The notes under the pieces are model-generated. The model saw only the letters and a list, made by a program, of their open reading frames with translations. It was not told the origin of the DNA and did not search any database. Below are positions 1 through 14,213 of a stretch of DNA of 64,000 bases, piece by piece; position 1 is the stretch's first letter; every line of letters begins with the position of its first letter. Origin of the DNA: Piromyces finnis finn (taxonomy: Eukaryota > Fungi > Neocallimastigomycota). The stretch spans positions 434,328-498,327 of the forward strand of contig MCFH01000040.1 in the NCBI GenBank assembly GCA_002104945.1. The letters are read 5' to 3'. The translations under genes were made by a program, and so were the position numbers.

Positions 1-1222
1 TCAAATACTACACCTGTAGCTACATCAAATTCAAAAGCGACAACAATAAAAGCAGCCTCTACTACAATTAAACCATTAATTCCATTACTATCAACCCCTA
101 TATTATCAGCAAAACAACCTACATTAACAACATCGATATCATCCTCTTCAACTAATTTAGCTGCGAAAATTGTGCCAAAACCTATTGCACCATTAACATC
201 AATACCACCGTTAGGTGCTGTACCATTGCCACTTTCAACTTCATTAAATGTAAAGCCAAATTTAAGCGTTCCACAAGTTATGCCATCCATGTTATCAAAT
301 CCAAAATTATTCCCACTTTTATTTTCATCAGATTCAGTAAATTTAATTTCTAATGCAGCAAAAACAGTAGCAGAAAATCTAGCTAAATCATCTCTTCCAA
401 CTACGTCATCAGTTAGCAGTACTGTAACATCAGTACCATCGGCTACTTCATCAAATACAACCTTAAATTCATTAGTTTCAACTTCATCCACTGCTCCTAC
501 AACTACATTAAATACTGTAACAAACCCAATTTCATCAGCACTTTCTATACTATCTACTCTTCCATTATCCAACCCTGCCATAACAACACCACTTAATTCA
601 ACGTCTCTTGCATCAAAAGTAACAACATCAACGCTAATAAATCCAGTTAAAAAAGAATTAAAAAATGAAGGTATTTCACCGATAAATACGACACCTAATA
701 CATCTGTATCCACTTCTTCAATTCCAATTAAAACTGATAATAAAAATAATAATAATAATAAGACTTTAACAAAAAATAGTAACACATATGTTGATGAAAA
801 AAGAAGAAAGTTTTTGGAAAGAAATAGAATTGCAGGTAAATATATATATATATACCTAAATATAGTAAACCAAATAAATAAATTATTAATTTCATAGCAT
901 AATTAATTAATTTTATTTAATTCCTTATTTTATAGCTTCCAAATGTCGTCAAAAGAAAAAAGCTTGGGTTCAAGATTTGGAAAAGAAATCAACTGAAGTT
1001 AGTATTGCCAACAGGAATTTAAAAATTATTGTTAATCAACTAAAAGATCGGGTAGCTATTTTAAGAGGTCAACTCTTACTTCATAAAAATTGTCAAAGTA
1101 AAGTAATACAACAATATCTTCAACAATCTTCAATTAATTTATCAATTCAAAATACATTACAATCCCTTAATCAAAATTCAGTAGGAAATCAGTCTCTATT
1201 AAATTTTAATAAAATCCAATAA
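1..1222 (+). CDS. bZIP transcription factor, ATF2/Atf1-like (5' end outside window; exons <1-835, 936-1222)
   Basis: Ser/Thr/Pro-rich region, then the spliced basic region [33 protein letters not shown] with a leucine zipper and LLLHKNC. The GT..AG intron 836-935 restores the frame. Confidence 0.9.
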
Positions 1223-1532
1223 TTTTTCTTTTTTTTTAAAAAAAAAAAAAATAATAATAACAATAATAATTTATGCATCTATGTTCACTAACTTTAATAA
1301 TGAAAGAAAATTAAATTTTATAAAATTTCTTTAATATTACTTAAAAACTCAATAAATGAATTGTTTACATCCCTATTAAAAAAAAAAAAAAAAAAAAAAT
1401 CTATAAAAAAAAAAAGCATTTATTAGTTTATTTTTTTATTTTATTTTTATTATTATTTTAATGTTAAAAATAGTTTTCTAGTAATTTATTGTTTATACTA
1501 ATTTTATCATTATTTCTATAAATTGTTTATTC

Positions 1533-1565
<33 letters not shown>

Positions 1566-2129
1566 GTAATTACAATTTTTAAAAAGAAAAAGAATATAAT
1601 AAGTTCATGGTTAATATTTCATTATAACTCATTTTTCAGGTTTATAAATAATAATTTATCCTTATCCTTAAATTTTATATTTTCCTTTATTTTTTAATCT
1701 CTTCAATTTTTTTTTTCTCAAGATTTTTAATAGGAAAAAATAAATTTTATTTGATTTATTATTATTATCCTTTTATATATGTTTATAATAAAAGAAAGAA
1801 AATCATTTGCTTTGTTAATAAAATAATTATTTATTTTAATTCATTTAAGAGGTATTTTTAAAACTTTTGGATTTTACTTATATAAATTAAATAGTATTTT
1901 TTTAATAGATATTAGATTGTTTTTGCTATATTGTTAATAGTATTAATCACAATTATTACTGAAAGATTATTATTAATTAGATATAGTGTATATATATATA
2001 TTTTATTATTATTATTATTATATTATATTATAATAATTGCATTAATATTAAAAATCAATCTATAAAAATAATTATTCCAAAACGATTGGTAGTAAATAAT
2101 AGAAAAAAAATGAAGCATTCCTTTTATAT

Positions 2130-3432
2130 TTATTCATCATTATTTTCTTCATTTTGTTTTGTTTCTGTTGATTGTATTTGCCAAGCTGGTATGGCTGGTT
2201 TTTGATTTAAGAATGAAAATCTTGAAGTCATTGAAGAATCAATTTCATTAGTCTTTTTTACACCATTAGATTCACCGGAAGAAGAGGAAGAAGCAGTAGC
2301 TGAAGAATCCGGTGTAGTTCCTTGATTACTTAAAGTCATTCTATTAACAATTAATGATTTTAATGATTTTATTTCATTTTGTAAATCTTGTAAAACAGAG
2401 TCATTTGTTTCTTTTGACTTTTCAATTATCTGTTGATTATTATTATTTAATTATTTAATAAGAATTAATTAATAATTATAAATTTTTTAAAATCTAATAT
2501 TCTTATTATGACATTTCCATCTTTAAATATAATATTAATAATAATAATAATAACAAAATTTTATGCTTATATTCTACATATTTTACCTTTGGAATTAAAG
2601 TTTTAACATTTTCTAAATCATTCTTTATAGTTCTAATTTCTTCATCTCTCTTTTCATCAGCTTCCTTTAAGCTATTTAATGATTTGGTTAATGTATCCAT
2701 AAATGATTTTATCTTTTCACCTTGTTCATCCATTAATTTTATTGCTGTTTGAGTTTCAATCTTTGAAGAATTAAGTGCTTCGCTTGCAATATCCAATTGT
2801 TTTGTTAATTGTTCATTATTATTTTGAAGATCTTTCGTTGAAGGAATTTGAAGTAAATCTGGTAAATATTTCTAGTTTAATAATTAATATTGAAGTTTCA
2901 TTATTAAAATAATTTAAATATAAAAATAAAAATTACGAAAAAAAAAATAATAATAAGATTTTAATAATAATTTATATTATGTAAATATTGAATAATAATA
3001 AAAAAAAAAAAGGGGTATTGTCTTTTTTCTTTCAATTCTAGTAAAATTCAAGATTATCTCATTATATTTTAATTTATAATAAATATAATTAATAATAATA
3101 ATCTTTACCTTTAAGGCCTTGTATAATGCATAACTGACACCACCAATAATAGCTGTGCCAATAAAATAATCTTTCCAACCTAAATACTTTGGTGGAGGTT
3201 GAACAATTTGCATATATGGATTTGATGGAAGTTGTGGAGCACCACCAGCAGCAACAACAGCATTTGATTGGGCACCATTACCATCAGCTCTTGAAAGAGC
3301 TTCCTTAATTTCTTCTTGTGTTAAACCTTTTGATTCAAGAAAAGCAACTCTTTTTGCTAAAGGAGCTTTTTGAACCTTTGGATCTTTTAAAAAACTTGTT
3401 GCACTACTAACTAAATTTTCTCTTAAGGCCAT
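2130..3432 (-). CDS. PEX14: Peroxisomal membrane docking protein Pex14 (exons 3432-3109, 2871-2587, 2429-2130)
   Basis: Pex14_N motif MALRENLVSSATSFLKDPKVQKAPLAKRVAFLESKGLTQEEIKEAL, a hydrophobic segment WKDYFIGTAIIGGVSYALY, a coiled coil, and LQNEIKSLKSLI. Introns are GT-AG and keep the frame. An acceptor-like TTTTTAG just upstream of the ATG suggests a 5' UTR intron. Confidence 0.92.
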
Positions 3433-3805
3433 TCTATGCTAAAAAAAAAAAATGAATCGAAACTTTGAATTAATAATTTATTTTTTTTTTAAAATGTTTT
3501 TTTATATTAATTTATTAAACTCTTTTAAAAAATAATAATGCAACAGTGATATTTGTAATAATGTTTGATGCTTTAATATTTTACAAAACATTAATAATAT
3601 ACATACTTTTTAAAGCTTTATTGAAACAATAATTATTGAGAATAGATAAAAAAAAAAAAAATAAAAAAAAAAATAAAATAAAAATAAAAAATTTATATTA
3701 AGTCATGTGATATACTCTTTTTTTAATAATTAAATGGATTAAAACTAAAAGTATTTGAATTTTTTTACATTTTTTAGAATATCAAGATTTTAGAATAACA
3801 CAAAA

Positions 3806-6400
3806 ATGGGTAGAAAATCGGATAAAATGTATATTACTCACAGTGAATGGAGTAATGAATTCGAAGGAGGAATGAGTTTTGGGTAGTTATACATTATGAA
3901 TGAATCAATCAATTTAATATATTTAAAATATATTTGTCTATAATTTTTAATTATTATTAAACTAAATTAAAGTCAATTTTTATTCTCTATAATAATGTAA
4001 ATCCTTAAATAATTATTATCTATAATACTAAATATAGAGGATGTAAAGTTCGTAAACAAAAAGAAAATTTTAAAAGATTACCATTTGATTGTTGCGCTTT
4101 ATCACTTCAACCATTTGAACATCCAATGTGTACCCAAGATGGAACAATTTTTGAACTAATGAATATAGTACCATGGTTAAAAAAGTAATTATATTTCTTA
4201 AAGTAATAATAAAAAAAAAAAGTGAGAAAGAAGAAAGAAAAAGAAAAGCAAATATTTATAAATATATGATTTATCGCTAATATTTATATTTATATTTTTA
4301 ATATTAATACTATAACATTGCAAAATTAATTTAACATACATTTTATGAAATAAAATTTTAAATTTAAAATTTAAATTTACTTAATTATATTAAAATTGAA
4401 ATATTTATGCATGAATCCATTTTTGTTTATCATCACTTATAACAAATACAATTCAATAAATAACAATAAAAAAAAAAGGTATGGAACATCACCAATTACA
4501 GGAGAAAAATTAAGTGCAAAATCATTAATTAAATTAAATTTTGCTAAGAATTCAAAAGGAAAATATCACTGTCCAGTATCATTTAAAGAATTTACTGACA
4601 ATACTAAAATAGCAGCTATTAAAACTACAGGAAACGTATATGAATATGATATAATAGAAAAATTAAATATAAAGCCAAAATATTGGAAAGATTTATTAAC
4701 AGATGAACCTTTTACAAGAAAAGATATTATTGTTTTACAGGTATTTAACAACATTATTATTAAATATTTTGTAGAATTATTTTCAAATATAATAAAAAAA
4801 ATCTTTTATTATTCATAATAACTTTTTTTTTTTTTTTTTTTTTTTTTTTGATATTTAAATTCTAATCATTAATATATCAAATTATTAATAAAATTTAAAA
4901 GGATCCACAAAATTTAGATAATAAAAATTACACAAATTATTATTACTTCAAAAATGGTATGAAAGCAATAAGTCAAAATGATGATGAGAATGATGATAAT
5001 ATCAATTCAAATGAAGCAACAGAAAGAATATTAAATACAGTTAAAAAATCAAAAAATTCTTCTGAAATCAAATCCTCAAATAGCTCACTTGTAGCAAGCA
5101 AAGCAAAAAAATCATATAATGCAGCACCTTATTCCCAAGGAAAAGTTTCAGCATCCTTTACTAGTACTGCTTTAAATATTGAAACAAAAAATGAATATGC
5201 ACTATTTGATAATGAAGAATATATGTTCAAACATATTAAAGACAAGGGCTACTGTAGTATTAAAACAAATTATGGTGATTTAAATTTAGGTATAAATTTA
5301 AAATTTAATTTTTTTTTAATATAAGCATTTATTATTATTGAATTCATTGAATATTATATTTATTTTTAAATTGATATTTCTTAAAAAAAAAAAAAGAATT
5401 AAATTGCAAAGCTGCTCCACGAACCTGTTATAATTTCATTATGCTTTCAAAAAAAGGATATTATAAAAATGTTATTTTTCATAGAAGTATTAAGCATTTT
5501 ATGATTCAAGGTGGTGATCCAACTGGTACTGGCAGAGGAGGAGAATCTATTTGGAAAAAAGAATTCCCCGATGAATTTAAATCTAATCTTTCACATAAAG
5601 GAAGAGGTGTTCTTTCCATGGCTAATCATGGAAAAAATACTAATGGTTCACAATTGTAAGCTCTTTTAATATAAATAAATAAAATTTGTATAGAATAATA
5701 ATTTTCATCATATGTATATATGTATATATATATATTATAAATCAAAAATTTAAAGTTTTATTACATATCGTTCATGTACTCATCTTGATAATAAGCATAC
5801 TATCTTTGGAAAATTGGTTGGTGGTTTAGAAGTTTTATCAAAATTAGAAGCAATACCAACAGATGATCAAGATAGACCATTGGTAAATAAACAATATTAA
5901 AGTAGTATAATTATTTAAGATAATTGAATATTATAATATTAATAATTAATTATTACATTATATTAATTAGCAAGAAATTAAAATAAAAGATGTTGTGGTA
6001 TTTATAGATCCATATGAAAAATTCCAAGAAGAATTAAAATTAAAAGAACAACAAATAAATGAAACTAAAGAAAAAGAAATGAAGAAGAAGGAAAATGTAA
6101 GTTCTTCAATAATATATAAATATAATCATAAATAGTAGATATATAATGCTATTATATATCTGTTATTTATAATTTAGCTTTCAATTATGTAAATAGTTTA
6201 ATAAATTTATTATTATTTCATTATTTATAATAAAGGCCTCTAAATTCACAACAACAAAAACAGGAATTGGAAAATATCTTCCAGATATGTCAAAGAGAAA
6301 AGAAAGAGAAGATGATAATCCAGGTCAATATAATGATTATGAAAAATTAATTAAAAAACAAAAATCAAATAATAATTTTGGTGATTTTAGTTCTTGGTAA
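3806..6400 (+). CDS. PPIL2: U-box/cyclophilin PPIL2 (Cyp60/Cyp8) (exons 3806-3882, 4038-4184, 4479-4740, 4902-5289, 5397-5655, 5756-5882, 5971-6096, 6236-6400)
   Basis: [15 protein letters not shown] start, the U-box-like region [22 protein letters not shown] and [10 protein letters not shown], the cyclophilin core [43 protein letters not shown], and the C-terminal FGDFSSW*. Confidence 0.93.
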
Positions 6401-6760
6401 AATAACTAATTAAAAGCACTTTTAAATTTTTAATTATTATATAAATTGTTTTTATAGTATTTTAATTTAATAAAAAAAAATGGTTTTTTTTCACTTATCT
6501 ATATGTTTTATAAAAATTAAAATATTAATGGGTAGTAAATAATTATATATAAAATTATTGATTTTTTAAAGTTTAAAAAAAAAAAGAACATTAGCAAGAA
6601 TATTCTATTTTATTTTATAAAATAAAATTTTTAAAGAATAAAAATATTAAAAATAACATCTAACCCTATTGTTTTGTTTCAATTTTTCATAAAATATTAT
6701 GATTAATTTATAAATATTGTAAAAAATTATTAGTATAGAAACTGAATATTTTATTTATCT

Positions 6761-6910
6761 ATCTATCTATTTATTCATTCATTTTATTATTTATTTATTT
6801 ATTTGTTTATTTATTTATTTGTTTATTTATTTATTTATTTGTTTATTTATCTATTTATTTATTTGTTTATTTATTTATTTATTTATTCATTCATTCATTC
6901 ATTCATTTAT
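6761..6910. repeat. Compound tetranucleotide microsatellite (TATC/TTTA/TTTG/TTCA)n
   Basis: Directly visible tandem 4-mers in intergenic DNA. Confidence 0.85.
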
Positions 6911-8266
6911 TTGTGTAAAAAGAATAAAAAGAATGAGTCAAATATATATATTTAATATATATATTTAATAATACTCCTATTTTTATTTATTTTTTTAAAT
7001 AAAGTATTATATATTAAAGTTACAAATTAATATTATGATCCGTTTGTATTTTGGTTGTTTTCTTTTATTTCAAATATTTATTATAATTTATATAGCATAA
7101 TATATATTAATATATTTGAATATATATCATTAATATATCTTTTAAATTGTTATATATTTAATATATATTAATATATTATAAAATACAATACTTCAATAGA
7201 TCATAATTTAATTGATTCATATTTCATTAAAATAATAATGAGACTTTAATATAATTATACTTTATTAAATATTGAATATACCATATATTGTTTTATATTA
7301 ATAAACTTTAGTATTTAAAACCAAAATAGTATTGTTTAAAGTTGTACATTTAGTATGAGAGGCAAACATTCATTACTCTAATATGAAAAATATTGGTAAA
7401 TTTTGATTTTTTTTCTTTTATGGTTTGACCTATTATCTGATCTTTTTGGTGGTGTGAATAAAGTTTATTATTAAATAAAATGGTAATGTAGCATGAAACG
7501 GTGGTGGTGATGGTTAGATACTTAATTTAAAAATTTTTGTATAACATTAATAAATTACATTTATTATTTATATACATTCTTTTACGAAATGTAAAAACTA
7601 TATATTTATATATATTTTTTTTTTTTTTTTTTTTTTTTTTGCTTTTTTGTTTTTTTGAAAAAAATTCTTTTTTTTTTTTTTTTTTTTTTGAAAATTTTTT
7701 TTATTTTTTCAATAATAAAATAAGAAACGGTGCTCGATATACTAACTCCTAAATATAATATTAACAATTGTTTTATATTAATGAAATCAAAAACAAATAA
7801 AAAAATTTTATTTATTACAAATTCTGAAGATTTTAAATATATGTTGCTTTAAATAATACATACATTACAATTAATTTTAAAAATAGATATTTTAAACAAA
7901 ATTTATATATTAATTTTGGTTTACCTATTTCTTTTAACTAATATAACAAAACATTTTTAACTTATTAAAAACGAAACAAAAAAAAAATAATTATATATTA
8001 ATATAAAAATAAGATTAATAGCAAACAAAATATATTAAAAGCAATCAATAACATATTTTTTATCATTATTTAATTAATCAATATATATAAATTATAAAAA
8101 TAAATTCAAAATAAAATAAATTCAATATTTCTTTTTTATTATCAAAAAATAAAAGAAAAAAAAAAAAGAAATTATTTAAGAAAAACTATAAAAAATATAT
8201 AATATATATATTTTTTTTTTAATTTAAGAAAATTAAAAATAATAGTTTTAAAAAAATAATTTGTTT

Positions 8267-8297
<31 letters not shown>

Positions 8298-8524
8298 GTA
8301 AATAAAAATAATTATATAATAATATAATATAAATAAACGAGTGAATTTGTGAGCAATAATAAAATCATTGTAAATATAAATTTTTATAATATATATTAAT
8401 AATTCAATAATTATATTAGTTATATATTCATTAAAAAAAAACTTTAATAAAATCAACAAATTATTAAAAAATAATAAAGAAAATATAATATTGTAAATAC
8501 AAACAAATATATTTAAATTAAACA

Positions 8525-10510
8525 ATGGATAACAATCAACCTTCTTGTCCACCAAGGTTAGTATCATACGATAAAGCTTTAGACCATAAAATTACCAATC
8601 AATATATGAATAATATTCTTATAAATAAACAGACTGCTGTTAACAATCAAAGTATGTCTCCACAGCAAAATATAAATAAAATTGATAATATTTATAATAA
8701 TTATAATTCATCACAAATGCAAAATTATAATCCTTCATTAAATAGACCAAATAATTATATCTCTCCTAAAATAATACCTCAACAAAACTTACCATTACAA
8801 AATGTAAGAATAAACAGTAATACGGCTGGTGATTTGTCAATGCAACCTATGAATAATCATTTCCAATCCATGAATCAAAATTTAAATGTAGATATGTTAA
8901 ATCCTACATTAAATAATGATCCTTCAGATTTTAATACAAATTTTTATATAAAAGCTGAAAAAACAAAGAGATTAAGTTTCTTTGATGTTGTACCAAATGT
9001 AAAACAAATGTCTAAGCAAAATAAGCTTTCAAAATGGGCATTAATATTTATAATTATCCAAGTAATTTCTATTGTAATATTAGAATCTTTACTTTTTATT
9101 ATCTATAATAATAATTATAATGATTTAAAAAGTAAATTAGGCACTAAAATATTAGATAATGAAAATGCATTACAAATGAAAAGTTTATGTATTTACCAAT
9201 TCATATTCATATTTTCACAGTTTTATGTATTGGTGATGTATTATGATAGTTTTAGACTATCAAGTTCAATACAACTTATTACAGTTAGTATATTTAATTC
9301 TATGATAGCAGGTTACTCTTTTTATCAAATTTTTCAAACAATTCATTTATTTGATAAGTTAAAGGATGATGCGGATTTATCTCTTGATTTAAAAAAAGAT
9401 TTTTTAAGAATTAAAAATGAATATAAATATACTCAGTAAGTAATATACATATAATTATAAATCTATTATTCATAATATTAATCATTTTATAATAATATAT
9501 TAATAACTTTATAGAATTCTAGTACTAGAGATCATAATAACATCAATTCTTTGTATTAGCATGATAGGATTACTTTATATGAGCATGTTCTTATTTAAAA
9601 GATTTGGTTGGAATATTTATAGAAATGTTGGTGCTGATATTAAAAAAACTGGTAATTCTAAATTTATAGTATTAATATTTTCAATTAATGATTATAAATG
9701 ATTTTAATTATATATATATATTATTGTAATAGTTATTTTAAAGAGAAGATATAATTTTGGACTTGCAATGAAATTGAAGTTCTTTTTCATATTTGGTATT
9801 ATTGCACAAGTAAATGTTTAAGAATATAAATAATAATTGATTGTTAATATATTTGCTACTTATGCATAAATAAAATATATATATTAATAGTATTATTTTT
9901 ATTTTATATATAATAGTGTTTTATATTTAGTGATGACAAAGGTCAAATTAATTTCACCAAAAATATTTTAGATAGTTTTGATACAATCGTTAAATCTTAT
10001 GCCGCTTATGCATTAAGCATAATTTTCATAATTAATACATTTTGTGGATTTATGTCTGTAAGTTTTAAAAAATATTATAAAAAAAAAAAAAGCTTATAAT
10101 AAATCATTAATATTTATATATTTCTATATGTATAATAACAATAATAATAATCAAGGTAAAAAAGGAAAACAAATTTTTGATGGTTCTTCATATACTTACA
10201 GATATGTGCTTCATTATCTTCTCAATATATATGATTTATATAATATTTGATAATAAAGAATATGCGGCAGTAAAAATATCTTTAACTGGTTTTGGTAAAA
10301 ATCTTATGAATGTTTTCTTTTGATTATAATAATATTATTATATAATATAATTTTAATTTACTAACACAATTTAATATAATAGCTGTAATTGAAATCTTAT
10401 TACTTTTTATATCTATTTATTTCTCAATGGTAGTCATGGTAGATTTTAATACTGTAGATCTAACAGAAGATAACGAAAAAAATCAAATTGAAAGACGCTT
10501 AAGTCTTTAA
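8525..10510 (+). CDS. Multi-pass membrane protein, UPF0658-like (exons 8525-9435, 9515-9651, 9733-9809, 9917-10057, 10156-~10295, 10383-10510)
   Basis: An N/Q/P-rich N-terminus is followed by several hydrophobic helices. KSLCIYQFIFIF..YDSFRL..IQLI, FGWNIYRNVGADIKK, KLKFFFIFG and VKKENK resemble the fungal UPF0658 family as I recall it. All introns are GT-AG and in frame. Confidence 0.75.
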
Positions 10511-10520
10511 TTTTTATAAT

Positions 10521-10571
<51 letters not shown>

Positions 10572-11583
10572 ATCAAGATATTATTAAACAAAAAAAAATA
10601 GTGAAGGTGAATAAAAAAAATTAAATTTTTAAATTAAAAAATAAAAAATAAAATGTAATAAAGAAATATATAATATACAATATTAAAAAAAAAAGTTAAA
10701 AAGAAAAGAAAAAAAGAAACCATTTGATAAATATACATTATATATATATTAAACTTTTAATAGTTTATATAATATTATAGATTATACATAATTTATATTC
10801 TAATATTAGTTTTTGTCTAGTTTACTTATTAATTACAATATAAATAGTAAAATAAGAAAAAAATAAAAAATGACAATATTATACATATAACATTAAAATT
10901 ATTAAAATTATTAGCATTTTAAAAACTTTTAATAATATTTATTTAATTTATTTACTTAATTATTTATCTTTAATGAATGTACTTAATAACATCATTTATT
11001 AATATCTTTTTTCTTTTCAACTATTTCATTTTTACTAATATTGAAATATTGAAATAAAATAAAACTGTTAAAAAAAAAAACAAAAAAACAAAATTAAAAA
11101 ATTATATATATCAAATGATGAGCTATATAAATTATTAAATTACTTTATTATTTTATGGCTTGCAATATATAAAATATTTTAATTCTTATATTGATAATTG
11201 AATTATTATTCGGAAAGAATTATATTGAATTAATGGTAAATTATTCCTTCTTATTTAATTGAGGCTAATATTATCAAAATATCTAATATAGAAATAAAAA
11301 AAAAATATTTTAAATTTTACCCTAATCATTTTTTATTCTCAAAACATTCTTATAAAGTAATAAAAATAATAAATTACCAATTATGAAAAATTAACATATA
11401 TGTATTCTTTCTTTTTTGAATGATAAAAGTAATTATAATTTATATATGATTATGTATATAATTAATTTCATTATAGTTTTGTTTTTGTTTTTGTTTTTTT
11501 GAAAAATCTATTTAAAGTTAAAGCAAAACTAAATTTTATAATTATCATTTAATCCAATTAAAATTAATTCAATTTTAAATTCC

Positions 11584-11622
<39 letters not shown>

Positions 11623-12078
11623 TTGCAAAATAATACATTTATTTTATAAAAGTATTTTTAATTTAAAATCTCGAAAAGTAATAGTCAATTATAAACACAT
11701 ATATGTAATATATTTATTCATCTACAATAATCATTTTAAAAATTATATACAAGTAAAAACAAAATAGTAATAATAATAATAATAATAATATCATAAATCA
11801 GAAATGTTAATTGCTATATAGATAATTTATATTTTCAATTTAATTTTTTTAATTGAATTTTACATTTCGTATATTTACTACTCTATATTATCATTATCTA
11901 ATTTCTTTATATATATATTTATGTATATAATAAAAATACAACATTAAAAAGAAGTGAATAAAATAATATAAATCCTTAAATAGTCAATAAAAATATATAA
12001 TTTTTATTTAAATATCAATTCCATCCCTTTTGAAAATAATAATAATAATAATTTAATAAAAAAAGAAAAGAAAAGAAA

Positions 12079-14213
12079 ATGTCAGAGAATAATAATAATT
12101 TGCAACAACAATTAAATATTTCATTACAACAACAAATAACAACAACAACACCAAAACAACAAAATGTTGAAATGAAAAATACACAAACTACAAATACTGG
12201 AAAAAGAAAGAAAGCTGTAAGAGCTTGTTTTCATTGTCAAAAAGCACATTTAACATGTGATGATGGTAATTTATTGAGATGAATAATAATTTTTATTGAA
12301 TTTTCAAAAAGAATAATGATTTAAACATATATATATATATAATAACGTACAATATATATTTATATTTATAGCAAGACCATGTTCTCGTTGTGTTAAAAGA
12401 GGTATCGCAGATACTTGTACTGATGGTATTAGAAAAAAAGCGAAATATTTAAATGATTTAGATTTAAGTCCAATAGGTAACTTAAATAAAAAAAAAAAAT
12501 AAAAATTTTATAAAAATCTCTTTAAATAAATATATCAATAATATTCATTTTATAAAAAAAAATAGCTACTACTAGTAATCCAATAATATCAAATCCTTCC
12601 TTACTCGAAGATACAATAAAACAAGAAACCCCATTTTTAGCAGCTAACTCTGACTTATTATTACAAGGTATTAATATATATATATATATTTGAATTTAAA
12701 TTATAAAATTATTCGGAAATCCATTAAATATTTTCCTTTTGTTGATTGTTTAAAAATGGAAACTAAAATTTAATAAATTAAAATTGAAATTTAATTTTTT
12801 ATATTTTCTGTTGATAATAATAAAATATTATCAATATAATAAATAAATAAATAAAGCTGCAGCAAGTAGTTCAACAACTCCACAAGTTTTACAAGCAGAT
12901 GCAACAAAAGTTGATCCTTCAATATCAAATTTCCTTCCTTCAAATTTTAATTTTGGTTCAGAAACAGTAAATTTAGAATATTCAATTTTATCAAATATGA
13001 TACAAGCTAATGCTATGAACAATACCAATTCTCCGTCATCACCATTTGTTTTACAAGATATAGGAATGAATAATATTACACCAAATAACAATATTGCTGC
13101 ATCAGTTCGCGACCCTACAAGATTGTATAATACCATTAATGGAAGTATGCTTCCTTCACCACTTAACCCAAATAATCTTAATAGTACGACAGAAGTCTAT
13201 GGAAATGTAAATAAACCATATGATTATAAAGAAGGTTTTCATCATCTAGTTAAATATGTCAAAGGATGGTAAGTTACTTTTAAATAATAATAATAATAAT
13301 ATATATTATAGCTAAAGTTATTAATATAACAATAGATGCTATTTTAAACATTTTTAAATATTAAAGATGTAATAAAAATAATAATAATAGGAATCAAATA
13401 TAAAATTATAAAAATTGTAATAGAATTATTATTTATTTAATATCTAATTCTTTTTCTTCTTTTAAATTATATTTTAAAAAGTATGGAAAAGAAAAATATA
13501 TTACGTATTTGTAGAGCATTAGCTCAATTTAGACCATCATTTATGGCTATTTTAATTCATTTATCAGAGGAAGATTTAATTTTCATGGAAAAATGTTTCC
13601 AACGTACTTTAACTGTAAGGGACTAATTTATATTTTATTAAATAATACAATCATAATGAAATGCTAATTTTCAAAAAGACGTAAAAATAACAATGATTTA
13701 TTATTAATATATGTGTTTTAATAGGAATATGAAAAATTGATAAATTTTTCTGGTACACCAACCGTTGTATGGAGAAGAACAGGAGAAATTGCCTTAGTTG
13801 GAAAAGAATTTTCACTTTTAACGCAATGGCCTCGTGATCAACTTTTAAGTAAAAAAACATATATATATGAAGTAAGTAATTTTATTTTTATATATATTTA
13901 TACTATGGAATATATATTTTATATACTAATTATATTAATCATATTGATAATATTCTTCTTTTTATTTTTACTGCGATATTATAAATTTAAAAAGTTGATG
14001 GATAATTCATCAGCAGTTGAATATTGGGAACAATTTTCATTGATAGCATTTGATACATCACAACAATGTGTTATGACTACCTGTAATTTAATATCCCATC
14101 AAGGAACCACAGTACCATGTGCTTTCTGTTTCACTATTAAAAGAGATATATTTGATGTTCCATTGGCTATCGTTGGAAACTTTTTACCCTTATTTGAAAA
14201 ATTTTCACAATAA
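12079..14213 (+). CDS. ERT1: Zn(II)2Cys6 + PAS transcription factor, AcuK/Ert1 family (exons 12079-12265, 12372-12476, 12566-12667, 12858-13268, 13482-13614, 13725-13871, 13995-14213)
   Basis: [47 protein letters not shown], then [38 protein letters not shown] and [25 protein letters not shown]. These are the typical AcuK/Ert1 blocks. Confidence 0.88.

Noticed and set aside
7350-7445. C/D snoRNA (ATGAGA...GACCTATTAT-CTGA) resembling a guide to the 18S AUAACAGGUC region
   Set aside because: The box C is imperfect, the guide has an internal mismatch, and there is no terminal stem.
7537-8567. ORF-track peptides at 7537-7752 and 8172-8567
   Set aside because: Low-complexity F/I/K/Y strings derived from homopolymer runs, with no coding signal.
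10525-10569. 45-nt poly-A just after the UPF0658-like stop codon, suggesting a retrocopy
   Set aside because: The gene retains five introns, and long A/T homopolymers are common throughout the window.
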